Assembly: GCA_905178155.1 (NCBI GenBank)
Contig: CAJINV010000005.1
Span: forward strand, 2,172,054 to 2,236,053
Length of the DNA stretch: 64,000 nt
Direction of reading: 5' to 3'
Origin: Amoebophrya sp. A120
Taxonomy: Eukaryota > Protista > Dinoflagellata
The notes beneath the pieces were generated by a model. The model made no database searches, was not told where the DNA came from, and saw nothing but the letters and a program-made list of their open reading frames with translations. How positions within the stretch are numbered: the first letter of the stretch is position 1; each line of letters begins with the position of its first letter. A program made the position numbers and the translations under genes. Shown here piece after piece: positions 27,324 through 39,360 of the stretch.

Positions 27324-30300
27324 ATGACAGAATACGTATGTTCCAGTATCTGGCCCGGTGTTTTTTGTTACCGTAGCAGCACAGAAGGGACAGAACACAG
27401 TTCGGAAAAATCAAAAAAAGCAGCAGCAGCCGCAGTTGCACTCTCGTCGTCGACAAGGAATAACAAGCTGGTTGTAACCTCTTCTGCACGACAACATCCT
27501 GAAGGCACTAGTCCTGCTTGTCCCTCATCCCACCAAGCGAAGCTTGTCGGGACGAAGGACAAAGGAAAGCAAGGAAGTGATAAAATCAACAGGATACAAA
27601 GCAATAAAGACGTTTTTGAGGTACGAAGAGTCGAACTGCCTCGCCAAGAAAATTACATTAGCGAAGACGAGATGCAATACACGACTTCGTACACGGCCAG
27701 CACGAGGAGCTCCCGCTTGCAGGCGGATGCCGTTGCGGCCGGGGGCGCGTGCTCGCGTGCCGGCGCAGCAGCGACTGGCGCTAGTTTTTCTCAGCTTCAT
27801 CAGGGGAAGAAGTTGAATGACAAAGAGCTTGCTGCCAACAAAATTCTGAAGCAGGAGAAAATATTAAATGGCGCTAGTGGAGGTCCACTTCAAAATGGTC
27901 AGCAACAGAGGGAAGTTGTAGCACAGTCAAATCTCATTTATTCCACGACCACCACGAGAAGCCGAGGGAAAACGGATCCTGCAATAAGTTGTCTTACGAC
28001 AACAAATAAGGCCACTTCATCGTCCACTGTGAAAGTAAGAGAGAGAATATCCAGCACGACTACAGCACCTACGCACACGACCTCCTGCTCCCAAGGAACA
28101 TCAACTACGAGCGTGGCAGCAGCCGGATCAGCAGCAGCCTCCTCGAAGCACAAAAGCTTGACCTCTAGTCCTTGCCCCAGTCGGAGAAGTAGAGCTGGGA
28201 CTACAGGTGAAACTGGCTCTGTAAGTGCGAAGAAGGGCGTGGCCGCAGGTGGATCGTCGGGCGGAGAAGTAGCGAATGGTGTGAACGACCCCGTTCCTGT
28301 AGTGACAGCGATCGCTTCGAATAGAAGTACTACGACGAGCAGAGGAGCTCGGACCAAGTCCGCATCTGGTGCTGTCGGAGTCGTAGGATCTTCCGACGTC
28401 GTGCCTGCTCCTGGAGAACGGAAGGAAGAAGCCGCAGCGTGTAGTCCTTCTCAAGGAGAGGAAGTCTTCGACGTGAAGCGGGGCCCTACAGCTTCTACTT
28501 CAGCCGATACGAAAGTCCCAGGCGAAGCAGGAGCAGGAGTAGCTCCTCAACAGCATCCGTCCACATCATTCGCTTCCGGAGCTGCAGATAAAAATGCTAC
28601 AGCTATTCTGGCCACGACAGTTCAGGAGTTAGACGACCAACTGGCGCGACTGAAAAAGGAAGAAGCTTTGCTGCTTCGTTCTTGCCTCTCCCGCGGTCTC
28701 CCGAAGTTGCAGGAAGTATCCGCGACCCGACTCGAGCAAAGCAGACACGAACGCGAGAGGCTGAAGCAGCGGCGGGAGACATTAACCGGCGAGCCCGCGA
28801 GTCCCGGCGGGGGGTATAATTACAACAGTAAAAAGAACCACGATCATCCGAGTACGCCGGTAAAAAATACCACGAAAACATCAAGTAAGGATTCACAAGA
28901 ACAAGTACTACACCTCAACGGAGGGCAGTCCGGTCAGTATCCACAGCCAAAATCTCCGCAGACTGTCGTGCACAGTAGGACCAAACGGGCGGAACAAAAC
29001 TTCGAGTCGTGTTCTGTTTCATCATCTTCCCAACCTACTGCTCAGAAGTACAACAACCACCCCTACCAGACAAACCAGGAGCGGCTGGTGGCGCGGCACC
29101 ACGCGAATGTAGCGCAGCAGAGTCAACGTAGCACAGGAACAACTTCAGAGCACAACACAGCACGAAAACTCCTCCCGTTCGGGCACGAGCCGGTCGCAGT
29201 GACCCCAACATCCAATCGGGGCGGCGCGAATAAACAAGCGAATTACATCAACAATCGGGCAGCTGGTACAACAGCTGCACACGAGAGTTCTAGCGCTACT
29301 TTCGCGAACCAGGCACAGCAGCTACTCAGCGGCGCTTGCTTAGAACTGCAGTCCGCGGCGCGAGCGGTCGCGGGTACGAGTCATTCTCAACATTCGCCTA
29401 GTGCAACAACTTCTAGCCGCAACGGGGTTAATAAAACGCCGACAAATAATAGTAGTAATTGTGCTACTACACCACCGGGTCATCATCTTTCGACGTCTAC
29501 CCGAACGCCAACGAACGGCAGTAGGAATTATTTTCCATCCTCTTCGCTCGCTCAATATCAACTGTAAAAATGTCTGGGTCTGGAAGATTCTAACACTTGT
29601 CATGCACGTTTTGCATGAGCCATGATGTCTGTGATGCATACCCTAGCAATACAGATTTTTTGAGGGCTTCTTGATGCGCATTCCGCATGACAAATGCCTT
29701 CTCAGCGTAGCAAAAATTGCATCCCCTTTGGTACTCATGCAATACAGATTTTTTTGGAATCCAAACGCAGCATCACAGGTTGCATTCTTCCAGACCCAGA
29801 CACTTTTCCATTTGATACTCAACAAGCTCACCCAAAAACTACCCCAAGCACGACTTCTAAATCTCTCCGGACCAACCGCCTGATGTTTCCGCCGATCAAC
29901 CCGCAGAGCGACAAGAATGTCGCGAAACCGCCGCTGTTTCCGGTTTTGAACGCGGAAACCCTGGGGAAGCGGAAAGTGACGGACCTGAAACCCGGGACCA
30001 AGAACGACTACTGCCTGAAATGCACCTCCGGCGCGTTCCGGGGCCGGTATCTCTACCCGTCGCCCGAGGGGGAACTGTTTGGGGGCGACGCGGAGAACCC
30101 GCACCTGACCATGCTTATCAAATGTAAAAATGTCTGGGTCTGGAAGATTCTGACACTTGTCATGCACGTTTTGCATGAGCCCTGATGTCTGTGATGCATG
30201 CCCTAGCATCACAGATTTTTTGAGAGCTTCTTGATGCCTATTCCGCATGACAAATGTCCTCGCCGCGTAGCAAGAATGACACTCCCTGTGGTACTCATGC

Positions 30301-33300
30301 AATACATTTTTTTTTGGAATCCAAATGCAGCATCACAAGTTGCATTCTTCCAGACCCAGACATTTTTACATTTGATAATGCTGATCGAGAACGCGGGTTT
30401 GGCAAACGTGCACGCCCGGATCGAAACCGGTTCGGCGGGAGGAGCGGGTTCAAGTGCTGGCGTCGTCGGGGGAGCAGTGGTTTCCGGATCGGAACAGGAA
30501 GGTGGGTCGAGCTCGAGTACTTCAGGAAGACCGCAGCTGTTCTTGGAGGCCGAACAGGGCGATACCTGGACGGCGGTGCGGTGGAACAGAAGTTTGCCGG
30601 TATGATTGTTTGGAATGCTATATTTGTCATGTCAGATCGCCTGCTTTATTCCAAAAGTGTGCCGGTCTGTGGGCGGTAAGGACAGCGAACATGACTTCTT
30701 TGCAGCATTCTAAATGAATGTTGCGCATAATCGATCCTGTTCTTGATATTGTATGTGACAACTACAACTACTCGAAAAACCGTAATTAGCGGCTAAGTTG
30801 GTACGGCCCACAGAACAAGAGCAAGCGAATGAAACTTTTTCCGCACGACTGCTAGCTCCTGCATTCTCCGACTTCCCGAGCTAAGTGCTGCAGGATTTCT
30901 CTCCTTCTGCTTTTTCCCTGGGGAAAAAACCGCGCGCGTCCGTACTTGAGATTTTGCGTTTTATTCACTCGATGACGATGATGCGCAAATGCAAAAACTG
31001 TGAGGCATAAGTTCCCTAATGGCGCGTGCCATTAGGGAACTTATGTTTTTGCATTTTCGAAAAACATAAGTTCCCTATTGGCACGTGCAACTAGGGAACT
31101 TATGGCTCGAGATTTTGGGTTTTTCTTTTTTTTCACTCCATCCTGCGAAAAGAAAACGCAAAAACTCTGAGGCATAAGTTCCCCAATGGCACGTGCCATT
31201 AGGGAACTTATGTTTTTGCATTTTCGAAAAACATAAGTTCCCTATTGGCACGTGCAACTAGGGAACTTATGGCTCGAGATTTTGGGTTTTTTTCACTCGA
31301 TGATGCGCAAGTGGAAATGCAAAAACTCTGAAGCATAAGTTCCCTAATGGCGCGGGCCTTTAGGGAGCTTATGTTTTTGCATTTTCGAAAAGCATAGAAA
31401 TAGATATCCTATTTGAGTGCGTAAATAGGAAGCTAGTCCTTTGATGAAGCTTTGGTTTTTTTCCGCAAAGGGAGCGCTTTGAAGCTTTGGCTTTTTTCCG
31501 CAAGAATAGAAAGGGAGCGCCTCGCCCTGGTGCAAGGGTTTTCATTTCTGCTCGTGTCATGGGGACCACGCACGGCGCGACGCAATAGCTTTCTTGTTTT
31601 GTGGCTCGGAAAGAGTTACCACTTTAGCCGCTTATTACGGTATGCCGAGTACTACAAACTGCTCCAAGAAAATAAATCGCGCAGTTTTTGTAAGTAGACA
31701 AAGCATCTTCAAAATAAACAGCTCCAGCCCGGGCAGGACGTGGAGTTCACCTCTCCGAACCTGACCCTCCGGCTGAAAGTCCAGGAAGGCGAGGTGGTGG
31801 ACGACGAGATTTTGGAGTGGTTGCGGCTGTACAGCAGCGAGGCAAGTCGCGAAGCGGTGAACCCGTCCTGCAAATCGCTGGAGGATCTCCGGGACAAAAC
31901 GCCCGAGCAGGTGATCACGGGAGATCCGGAGAAGATCACCGCCGGAATCCGGACCGGCTTGGAGGAACTGGGGAGACAGTAAGACTGGCTATAGTTTTGC
32001 GATGAATTCATAGTTGTGACGAGGAGTATAACCATCTAGAAGCAAGCTCCTCGGTTGATGGATCTTTCGCTTTTTGGAAAGCAGGAGCAGAACTTCAGCA
32101 AATAGTAAAGCTTTTTTCGTATAGATGAAAATCACGCATCAATTTTGCTTTTTCCCCCCATCTGCTACTGCGGCCATCAACCAGGTTTCCGCCCAACGTG
32201 CCGTACCCAAAGACGCGGTTGAAAATCGTCGACGAAGCTAGCGGCAAGGAGTACGCGAACGTCGGCTGGAGCGGTGGGCACGTGCTGTTGGAAAACCCCA
32301 ATTCTCCCGCGAAGAGCCTGGACACGTCGCAGTTGGACTTGTCTTCGGGCCGGGGCAGTTTGTCGCCGAGTCAGCGACGCATCGGCTCAAAAAGCTTGAT
32401 GGGTATAAAGATACAATTGATTCAAGAAGGCTTGTTTTTCGGTTTTTGATTTTGAAGGGTTGTTTACAGTGACCTTGTGTCATCAAATCTATTCATGTAG
32501 TTGAGAAAAATCTAGACTTGTGATCGTTCACCTATAAAAACGACAAATAACTGCCAACAGCCGCTGCCATCGAGCAGATGAACGGCATACGTGTCGCTTC
32601 CTCCGAACTCGAGCGCTCCGAGGCCTTCAGGATATGTTACTGCAGCAATGGAAAGTGGTACTGCCACTTCGAGCAGGAGTGCAACACGGGCAGCAAGCAC
32701 TGGCTGCGGCTTTTGCCGGGGCAGAAGCACAATCTGCAGCCGGGGGATGTCTTCAGGATAGGAGAGCTGGAGTTCGCAGTGTTGAGGTATACAAACTGAT
32801 CATTTTGGGTTTCTGTGATTGAATACAATACAACTACACGGTCAAATGTTGTGGAAAAAGGCAGAAAGTGCTAAGAATTTTCGCAGGAACTACAACCATT
32901 TTTCGCCGCGCAACAATTCTCCAGGTACAATTACGGCACGGCCTGCGACAAGGGGTTTCGAGCCAGCATGGAAGACGCCGAGCTGGTCGAGCAGGACCTG
33001 TGCGTGTCCTCGCACCGGCTCTGTTCCATGTTCAGCATCTACGACGGACACTGCAAGCGCGACTGCGTCGATTTCATCCGCGCGCGCCTGCATCTGGATT
33101 TGGCCTACAACCTGCAGCAGAACATCGACGAGACAGAAGACGTATATAGTGTTTTAGGATTTTGCATCAGAAGTAGATGGGTCATCTTGATGTTCACCAG
33201 AGTCGATAGAGCATAAAACAAAATGCATGTCACACAACTTTTTTGTAGCAAGACAAAGCCAACATTTTTTCACTGCATGTAAATCTAAATACAGGTCCAT

Positions 33301-34764
33301 TCCCTGGTCGGTCGCGCCATTTGGGATTCCTGTCTCGCGGTCGACGAGGCGTTCCGGCAGGTGACGCGGCCCAACCTGGGCTACGACCTGCGCGGCCCGG
33401 ACCCGGGGCCCAAGGAGGAAACCGACGCGGAACGCGAGGTCCGGGAGATGAATCCCGCCGGTGGGAACCAAATGAACCAACCGGCGAGTTCCGGGTGCGC
33501 GGCGGTGTTCGCCGTACTGCTCGGCACCAGTCTGTACGTGGCCTGCATCGGCGACAGTCGCGCGGTGCTCGCGCGGTCCGGAACGGCGTACGAGCTTTCC
33601 TGGGACCAGCGCCCCGAGCGCGACGACGAGCGCGAGCGGATTCTCGCCCGCGGCGGCTTTGTCTCCTTCAACCGCGTTTTGGGGCGCCTCGCGGTCTCCC
33701 GCGCGTTTGGCGACTACGAATACAAGTTTTTGAACCTGAAAGAGGTCTCCGGACCGCTAGTCATCGCGGAGCCGGAAGTCCGGTACTGCGAACTCGAGGT
33801 ATCAAGAGTAAAAATGTCTGGGTCTGGAAGAATGCAACTTCTGATGCTGAATTTGGATTCCAAAAAAATCTGTATTGCATGAGCAGCAAAGGGAGTGTAA
33901 TTTTTGCTACGCGGAGAGGGCATTTGTCATGCGGAATAGGCATCGCGAAGCCAAATCTGTATTGCTAGGGCATGCATCACAGACATCATGGCGCAGGCAA
34001 AACGTGCATGACAAGTGTCAGAATCTTCCAGACCCAGACATTTTTACATTTGATACGAGGAAGAGAAGGACGAATTTCTGGTGCTCGCCTGCGACGGCCT
34101 GTGGGACGTGATTCGCTCGCAGGAGGCGGTTATCAAACGCAAAAATGTCTGAGCCTGGAAGATTGCAACTTGTGATGCTGCATTTGGATTCCAAAAAAAT
34201 CTGTATTGCATGAGTACCGAAGGGAATGCAATTTTTGCTACGCTGAGAAGGCATTCGTCATGCGGAATAGGCATCAAGAAGCCCTCAAAAAAATTGTATT
34301 GCTAGGGTATGCATCACAGACATCATGGCTCATGCAAAACGTGCCTGACAAGTGTCAGAATCTTCCAGACACTTTTACAGTTGATAGCGGTGGACTTCGT
34401 GCACGAAAAATTGGCGGAGCAGCGGGCGGCGGCGAGTGGGTCTTCTATGAAGGAAACCAGCCCGACCCAAGAACATCAAGTATCCGCAAACAACGCGGAC
34501 GCAACAACCTCGCCGATGTCGGCAATCGGCACCGCAGAGCCGGTGATGATTGACCCGGACGCGATTGCCAAGGCACTAGTGTACGAGGCGATTCACGTGC
34601 GCAAATCCCGGGACAACGTCTCTTGCGTCGTCGTGTTGTTACAGAAGGAGTACAAGCCAAAACCCGCCACGAGCCCGGCGTCGAGTGAGGGAATGGTGCC
34701 AGCGGCCGGAGGAGCAGCGGAGGATACCAGTGGCTTGCCGGAAGGCGTGGAGGCCGTCGACTGA
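27324..34764 (+). CDS. PP2C (PPM) protein phosphatase with long low-complexity N-terminus and FHA-like domains
   Basis: GFRASMEDA, FSIYDGHC, LYVACIGDSRAVL, RVLGRLAVSRAFGDYEYK, FLVLACDGLWDV, SRDNVSCVVV; FHA-like LQPGDVFRIGELEF. True start may be ATG 27672. Four introners plus GT-AG introns. Confidence 0.82.
29556..29817. mobile_element. Introner family A
   Basis: Family A TIRs; TSD CTCAA; removal gives SLAQQAHPKTT. Confidence 0.92.
30116..30377. mobile_element. Introner family A (close sister of 29556-29817)
   Basis: Family A TIRs; TSD ATGCT; removal gives PHLTMLIENAGL. Confidence 0.92.
30771..31649. mobile_element. Non-autonomous TIR element with TA TSD, inside GT-AG intron 30600-31720
   Basis: Ends CTCGAAAAACCGTAATTAGCGGCTAAGTTGGTA / TACCACTTTAGCCGCTTATTACGGTATGCCGAG; TA at 30769-70 and 31650-1; TIR related to 26160-27302. 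Confidence 0.78.
31006..31373. repeat. Tandem array of five 40-bp palindromes (~165-bp dimeric period)
   Basis: CATAAGTTCCCTAATGGC-N4-GCCATTAGGGAACTTATG variants at 31006, 31065, 31173, 31232, 31334 with alternating repeated linkers. Confidence 0.9.
33800..34055. mobile_element. Introner family A (also readable as GT-AG intron 33799-34059)
   Basis: Family A TIRs; TSD CGAGG; removal gives CELEEEKDEFLVLACDG. Confidence 0.92.
34131..34386. mobile_element. Introner family A
   Basis: Family A TIRs (6-bp deletion in right TIR); TSD GCGGT; removal gives SQEAVDFVHEKL. Confidence 0.9.
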
Positions 34765-35869
34765 GCTTTTGCAGCGACTAAGCCAACATGATACGCATCG
34801 GTTTGTTGCGCTTGGAAAAGAAGATTTTTTTGCGACCACCCGAACAAGAGAAAGTCAGAGTAGCCTTATGAGAAGATAGGAGTAGGATCCCTTCGCCTTC
34901 TGAGCAGCTTATATACAATCTGTTAAAGTTTATGATTTTTACAACGACCCCTGTTGTTCCATCACGTCGACGCGACGCGATGGAGAATGTTTTAAGATGG
35001 TAGATTGTTGTTCAGAGACTAAAAGTAAATGATGGACTATCTTCACGAGCGATTCGGGCTAATGCTCTGATGCGCGAGTTATTTTTCGGGATGAGACAAA
35101 CACATATAGTGATGCAGTTTTGCTTTTGGCAGAATCGATGCGAGTTGCGTCAGGTTCTGTTCATGACAAAACCGCAGGAGAAAAGATGAATGGGGTGGAG
35201 GGACGTACAACTTATACAATTTACTACCCCGAAGACCAGCCTTACGGCGAGGACACAAGTTGTGTCAAAAAAGGGCCTCATGATTATTTCATAACGAAGG
35301 CGCATTTTATTAATAGAGACCACGGCTGCGCCGGTCCCGGTCTTGCTCTTCCCCTCATCTTCACGTCTTCCTGGAAGAAGGCGCATGATCGATCTTCGTG
35401 TTCATCTGGACCACTGTCACGTTTTCCGCTCGTCGCCTACATTTTCACACCGGTATAAGTCGCCTTTGTTGATGTTGCAGAAGAATCGTAAAAGAAAGCA
35501 GCCAGCACGAAACCAATCAGTGTCTTTGGTATCGCGGCGCTTGATTTACTACAGCTTGCCCAATTTCGTATGTTCGTGGGAACATGTCGTGCAGGGAGTT
35601 TGTGTCCCGTTGGTCGCATTTTTCACAAAGCGTTCGCTGTCGTGTCTTGCCGTGCCCCGGGTCCACCGTCTCGTGGGTCAGTGTTGCACTGAAGATCGGA
35701 TCCAATCCAATTGCTATTACGATGAGTGGTATGTGTCTTACGAAGTAGCTTTAAGCCTTGCAGCAATTTTGAAGTTTCCAATCGTCAATTTTTTCACTAC
35801 CATCCCACGTTCTTTCGTCAAGAAACCGCTTAACTGCTAGAGATCTGAGACAGAACGTTCTTTCCAAAA

Positions 35870-36787
35870 ATGGCGGAAGAGTTGTCCTTCGACTCCGCCC
35901 AGCAGCAGCACCACGCCGTGCTGCGCCAAAGGATCCCAGGCCCGGCTCTGGCGTCTTTCCGGGCTGCGAGCAGCGGTCAACTACAACAAGGGTCTCCGCT
36001 GGACTCGCCCCTGGATTGCGTGCAGTTGTTTCCAGACTTGATGTTGAAGAGGGATGCAGACCGCACGGGGAGCGCCCGTCGTACTGACGATGCTACAACG
36101 CCGACAGATAACGATTCTGTTGATGACACCGAGATGAGTTTTTCCACCGATGATCTCTTCGCTACCGGCCAAACGCTCGGGGAATTGGAGACGCTGCTTG
36201 CCGGAGTTGCGTTCACTTTCGCCGGTGTCCTGTGGTGGCTGTTCTACAAGAAAGGCAGCACGCCCGGGTTCTCTACTGGGAGCAACGAATCGCTCAAGAA
36301 CAGTACAGCCTCTCCTGCAATCGACAGTACAACTAACATGACGAGCCTGATCTCCTCCTTCTCGGACGCGAATAGGAACTCTTGGATCTTCGCGCCTACA
36401 ATCCTGCTCGTCGTTTTACTCTTCGCCACCGTGAAACTCGGTGTTCACTATTGGAGAAAGTTCTTCCCGCAGTACGTGTGCCTGCTGGACGAGAACTTGA
36501 AGAGGAGAATCGCGGACAAACTCGGGCGCTTCACCCCGGAGCGCTGGACGCCGAAACGGCGGGACGACTTCTCGGGCATGAAGTCGGCTCCTTCCGAGGT
36601 TGAACTGCTCGCAGAAGGTGGATCTTCGTCGCTTTCGCAGTTCGGTACGATGACGCCGTCTTCCGCAGGTCAGTCTTCGCCTTCGGGGTCCGATCAGTTT
36701 GGCTACGACGTCACGGATTCGGAGGACGGGTATTCTTCCGGTGGGTATTCGCCCTCTGCCGCCGGATCGCCGAATGACGGATACTGA
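35870..36787 (+). CDS. Hypothetical membrane protein (2 hydrophobic segments)
   Basis: 305-aa single ORF with host-like codon usage; LLAGVAFTFAGVLWWLFY and WIFAPTILLVVLLFATV. Confidence 0.6.
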   Translation: MAEELSFDSAQQQHHAVLRQRIPGPALASFRAASSGQLQQGSPLDSPLDCVQLFPDLMLKRDADRTGSARRTDDATTPTDNDSVDDTEMSFSTDDLFATGQTLGELETLLAGVAFTFAGVLWWLFYKKGSTPGFSTGSNESLKNSTASPAIDSTTNMTSLISSFSDANRNSWIFAPTILLVVLLFATVKLGVHYWRKFFPQYVCLLDENLKRRIADKLGRFTPERWTPKRRDDFSGMKSAPSEVELLAEGGSSSLSQFGTMTPSSAGQSSPSGSDQFGYDVTDSEDGYSSGGYSPSAAGSPNDGY

Positions 36788-39360
36788 TGTTGACCGAAGA
36801 ATACTGTTGTTGTCTGAAGAGGAGTGCGAGTCGAAGTGACAGCTTTGAGACTTGCAAGGAGGAAGGTGACAAACGGACGGGAAAATGAAATATTTCTTTC
36901 CTTCTGGTAGCGCTCGATGCTATTTCGTTTTTGTTTTCAAAAAAAATTTAAGCTATAGTTTCTGAAACTTGATAATAAATGCTCATTGTATTCTCTTTCT
37001 TGTAGTATCGGAAGAATTTGGATTTGTTTCATGGTGGCATAGCACTGTGCACTGCCGATGCAGGCCTCAGCTCCTTTCGACAATGCTATGATGTTACATT
37101 AGGAATGGTAATGTACCAGGCGATTGAAAATTTGATTTGTTTTCGGGTTGACCGGAAAAAAAGAATCACGGTGGCCCTGCCCCTTGGCGCTGGATGTGAT
37201 GCGCGTTGCCCTTCATCGGGAATTTGAGTGTTCTAGGTCGGCCGATGGGCCCTGTCGCGGTGTCGCTCTGCGGTACGAAGAAGCTTCCTTAACTGTCTGA
37301 GAGGATTTTCGAGGCTGGCCGCCATGGCGTACTGTGCCCACATAGCTGGGCGAAAGCGCTTGGAAGGCCGAGGGGGGGGGTTGGGCGCGGACGGGTGGGG
37401 CGCCTGGGCAGCAGCCAGGGCGAGGGGACTGCGCCGCCCGCTTCGTCTGCCGCCGCTTTGCGGAAGTTGCGGCGCACCGGGGTCGTGAGGTGCCGCAGCG
37501 GCTCGGCAGCGCAACCCGACGCCCGTAAGACACGCACGCAGCTGCCGCCTGCCGGCGGGACCTCGTTGGCCGCGGCGCCTCGACCTGCCTGGCACACGCC
37601 CAGCACCCCCGCCGCGGCGGCAAGCGGGGACGCGGGGCACCCCGCGCCGCGCGCTGCCGGCCCCTTCGCGAGATGTCTCCGATATGAGCCGGGGCCGGGG
37701 CGTCAAAATCGCCACCGGCATGAACCGAAAGAGAAAGTGGAAGTTCAGAATATCCATCCTGAAGGCGGCGCGCTTCCCCGATGGCCTGGCGGCCGGGGAG
37801 CATGTGGCGGAGAAGTTTCCGCCGAAGCCCAAGCAGGACGCCGGGGCCGGCGTGGCCCGGGGAAAGAAGCGGCAGTGCCCGGGGCTGGCGGATTCGATGG
37901 GGAGAGGGCTCGGCGGGAGAGAATAAGCTGCGCAGGGGCGCCCTGGTGCGCCTGGGCGGCCCCGCTGCACAGGACCACCGACGACCATGCCTTCGCCTAA
38001 TCTGGCGCAGATGCGGGCGGAGCGTGCCGGCGCGGGTGGACGGCCCGGCTATGCCGAGCGAGCGTTTCCGCAGGCCCGGCCTGGCAGCATCTGGCTTATG
38101 TTGCCTTGCCTACTCTGCAAGACAGGCGCTGGCACTGCCTGCGCGTCGTCTGTGTCGTGATCTTGTGGCAGACCCTGCCGGGCATCGCTTTCGCAACTGC
38201 GCGCAGCTTTTGCGTGCGCAGACATGGTCGGCAGCGCGCCGAGATGAATGCAATATACTGCATCTGCGAGCCGGGCCTGTTGCGCTGGCACTTGGAGCCG
38301 TCTACGGACCGGCTCACTACTCGGAATGACGCTGCGAATCATCATGACAGCCGGCCGGGAACGAGTTCGGGAGCGTCCTCACCAGGCCACCGGAATCAAT
38401 GCGGCCGATTTCTGAATTCGTGAACGGCCCGCGGCGGCTCGGGGATATTTCTGCACGTCAAGGAAATGCGGCCGCTGGGCGAAATGGTTCGCGATGAACC
38501 TAGCCCAGCTCGCAAGTGTGGCCGCCCCGCATAGAATTTGCGAAGGGGCCACGCGGGGGAGAAATGTATCGCGCTTGGGACTTGCTTGCCATGGTTCGGG
38601 CAAAGGCCTCCGCCTGTTTTTGCCTACAGGCTACACCCCGAAAGGGCCCGGGACTCACCGCAAGCACCTCACTGCGCGCCCGGCGCCCTGCTCTTCAGGA
38701 AATGGCTGCAGAAGTTGGCTCGGCCGGCAAACGGCCCCGGGGGGCGCGACATCTGGAGGGCCTTGCGCGTTTGCAAGGCCTTCGGAAAGCCCAGCGCAAA
38801 AAACACGCCGCCCGTGTCTCGGGCCAGAGCCAACACCGGCGGACAGCACAGCCCCCCCGGCCGCCCGCTGCCACCAAGGTGCCGGCCGGGGGGGCGCTGC
38901 GCCTGATTTGCGCGCCGCCCGCGGCCGGTCGCCCCGCCAGGCCTCCCGCCGCGGTCTTGCTTGTGCCGTAAGGGCGCAGCGCGCGGGCCTTGCTTTCTCG
39001 CCTGGCCCGATTTGCCTGTCTCTGCCTGCGCGCCGCCTTACCGGCCTGGCGCAGGCACACAGTGCTTGCCGGCTGCGGCCCCGGCGGGAGAGGCGGCGCA
39101 GCTTCTTGGAAGAGGGCCCGCTGCTGTTTCTGGAGGATGGCCCGTGGGGCTCGGGCCTGCAGTCCGCGCGGCCATAGACACAGGCGATCCGGTATCTTCG
39201 CAGCCTCCCCCGCCTTTCCGCTCTTTGGGCGAATCTACAAACAAATACCCAGGCTCGGGCCTCTTCAGCAGTGGCGTCTCTGAGTTACGGCCACAAAGCT
39301 TTGAGGTCGAGTTGGTATCCGTGTTCTTTGATCCTTAAATCCGAACGAAGGCACTTCTAT

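Noticed and set aside
31006-31373. CRISPR-like array of palindromic repeats
   Set aside because: The linkers are themselves repeated, not unique spacers; eukaryotic intron context; no cas genes.
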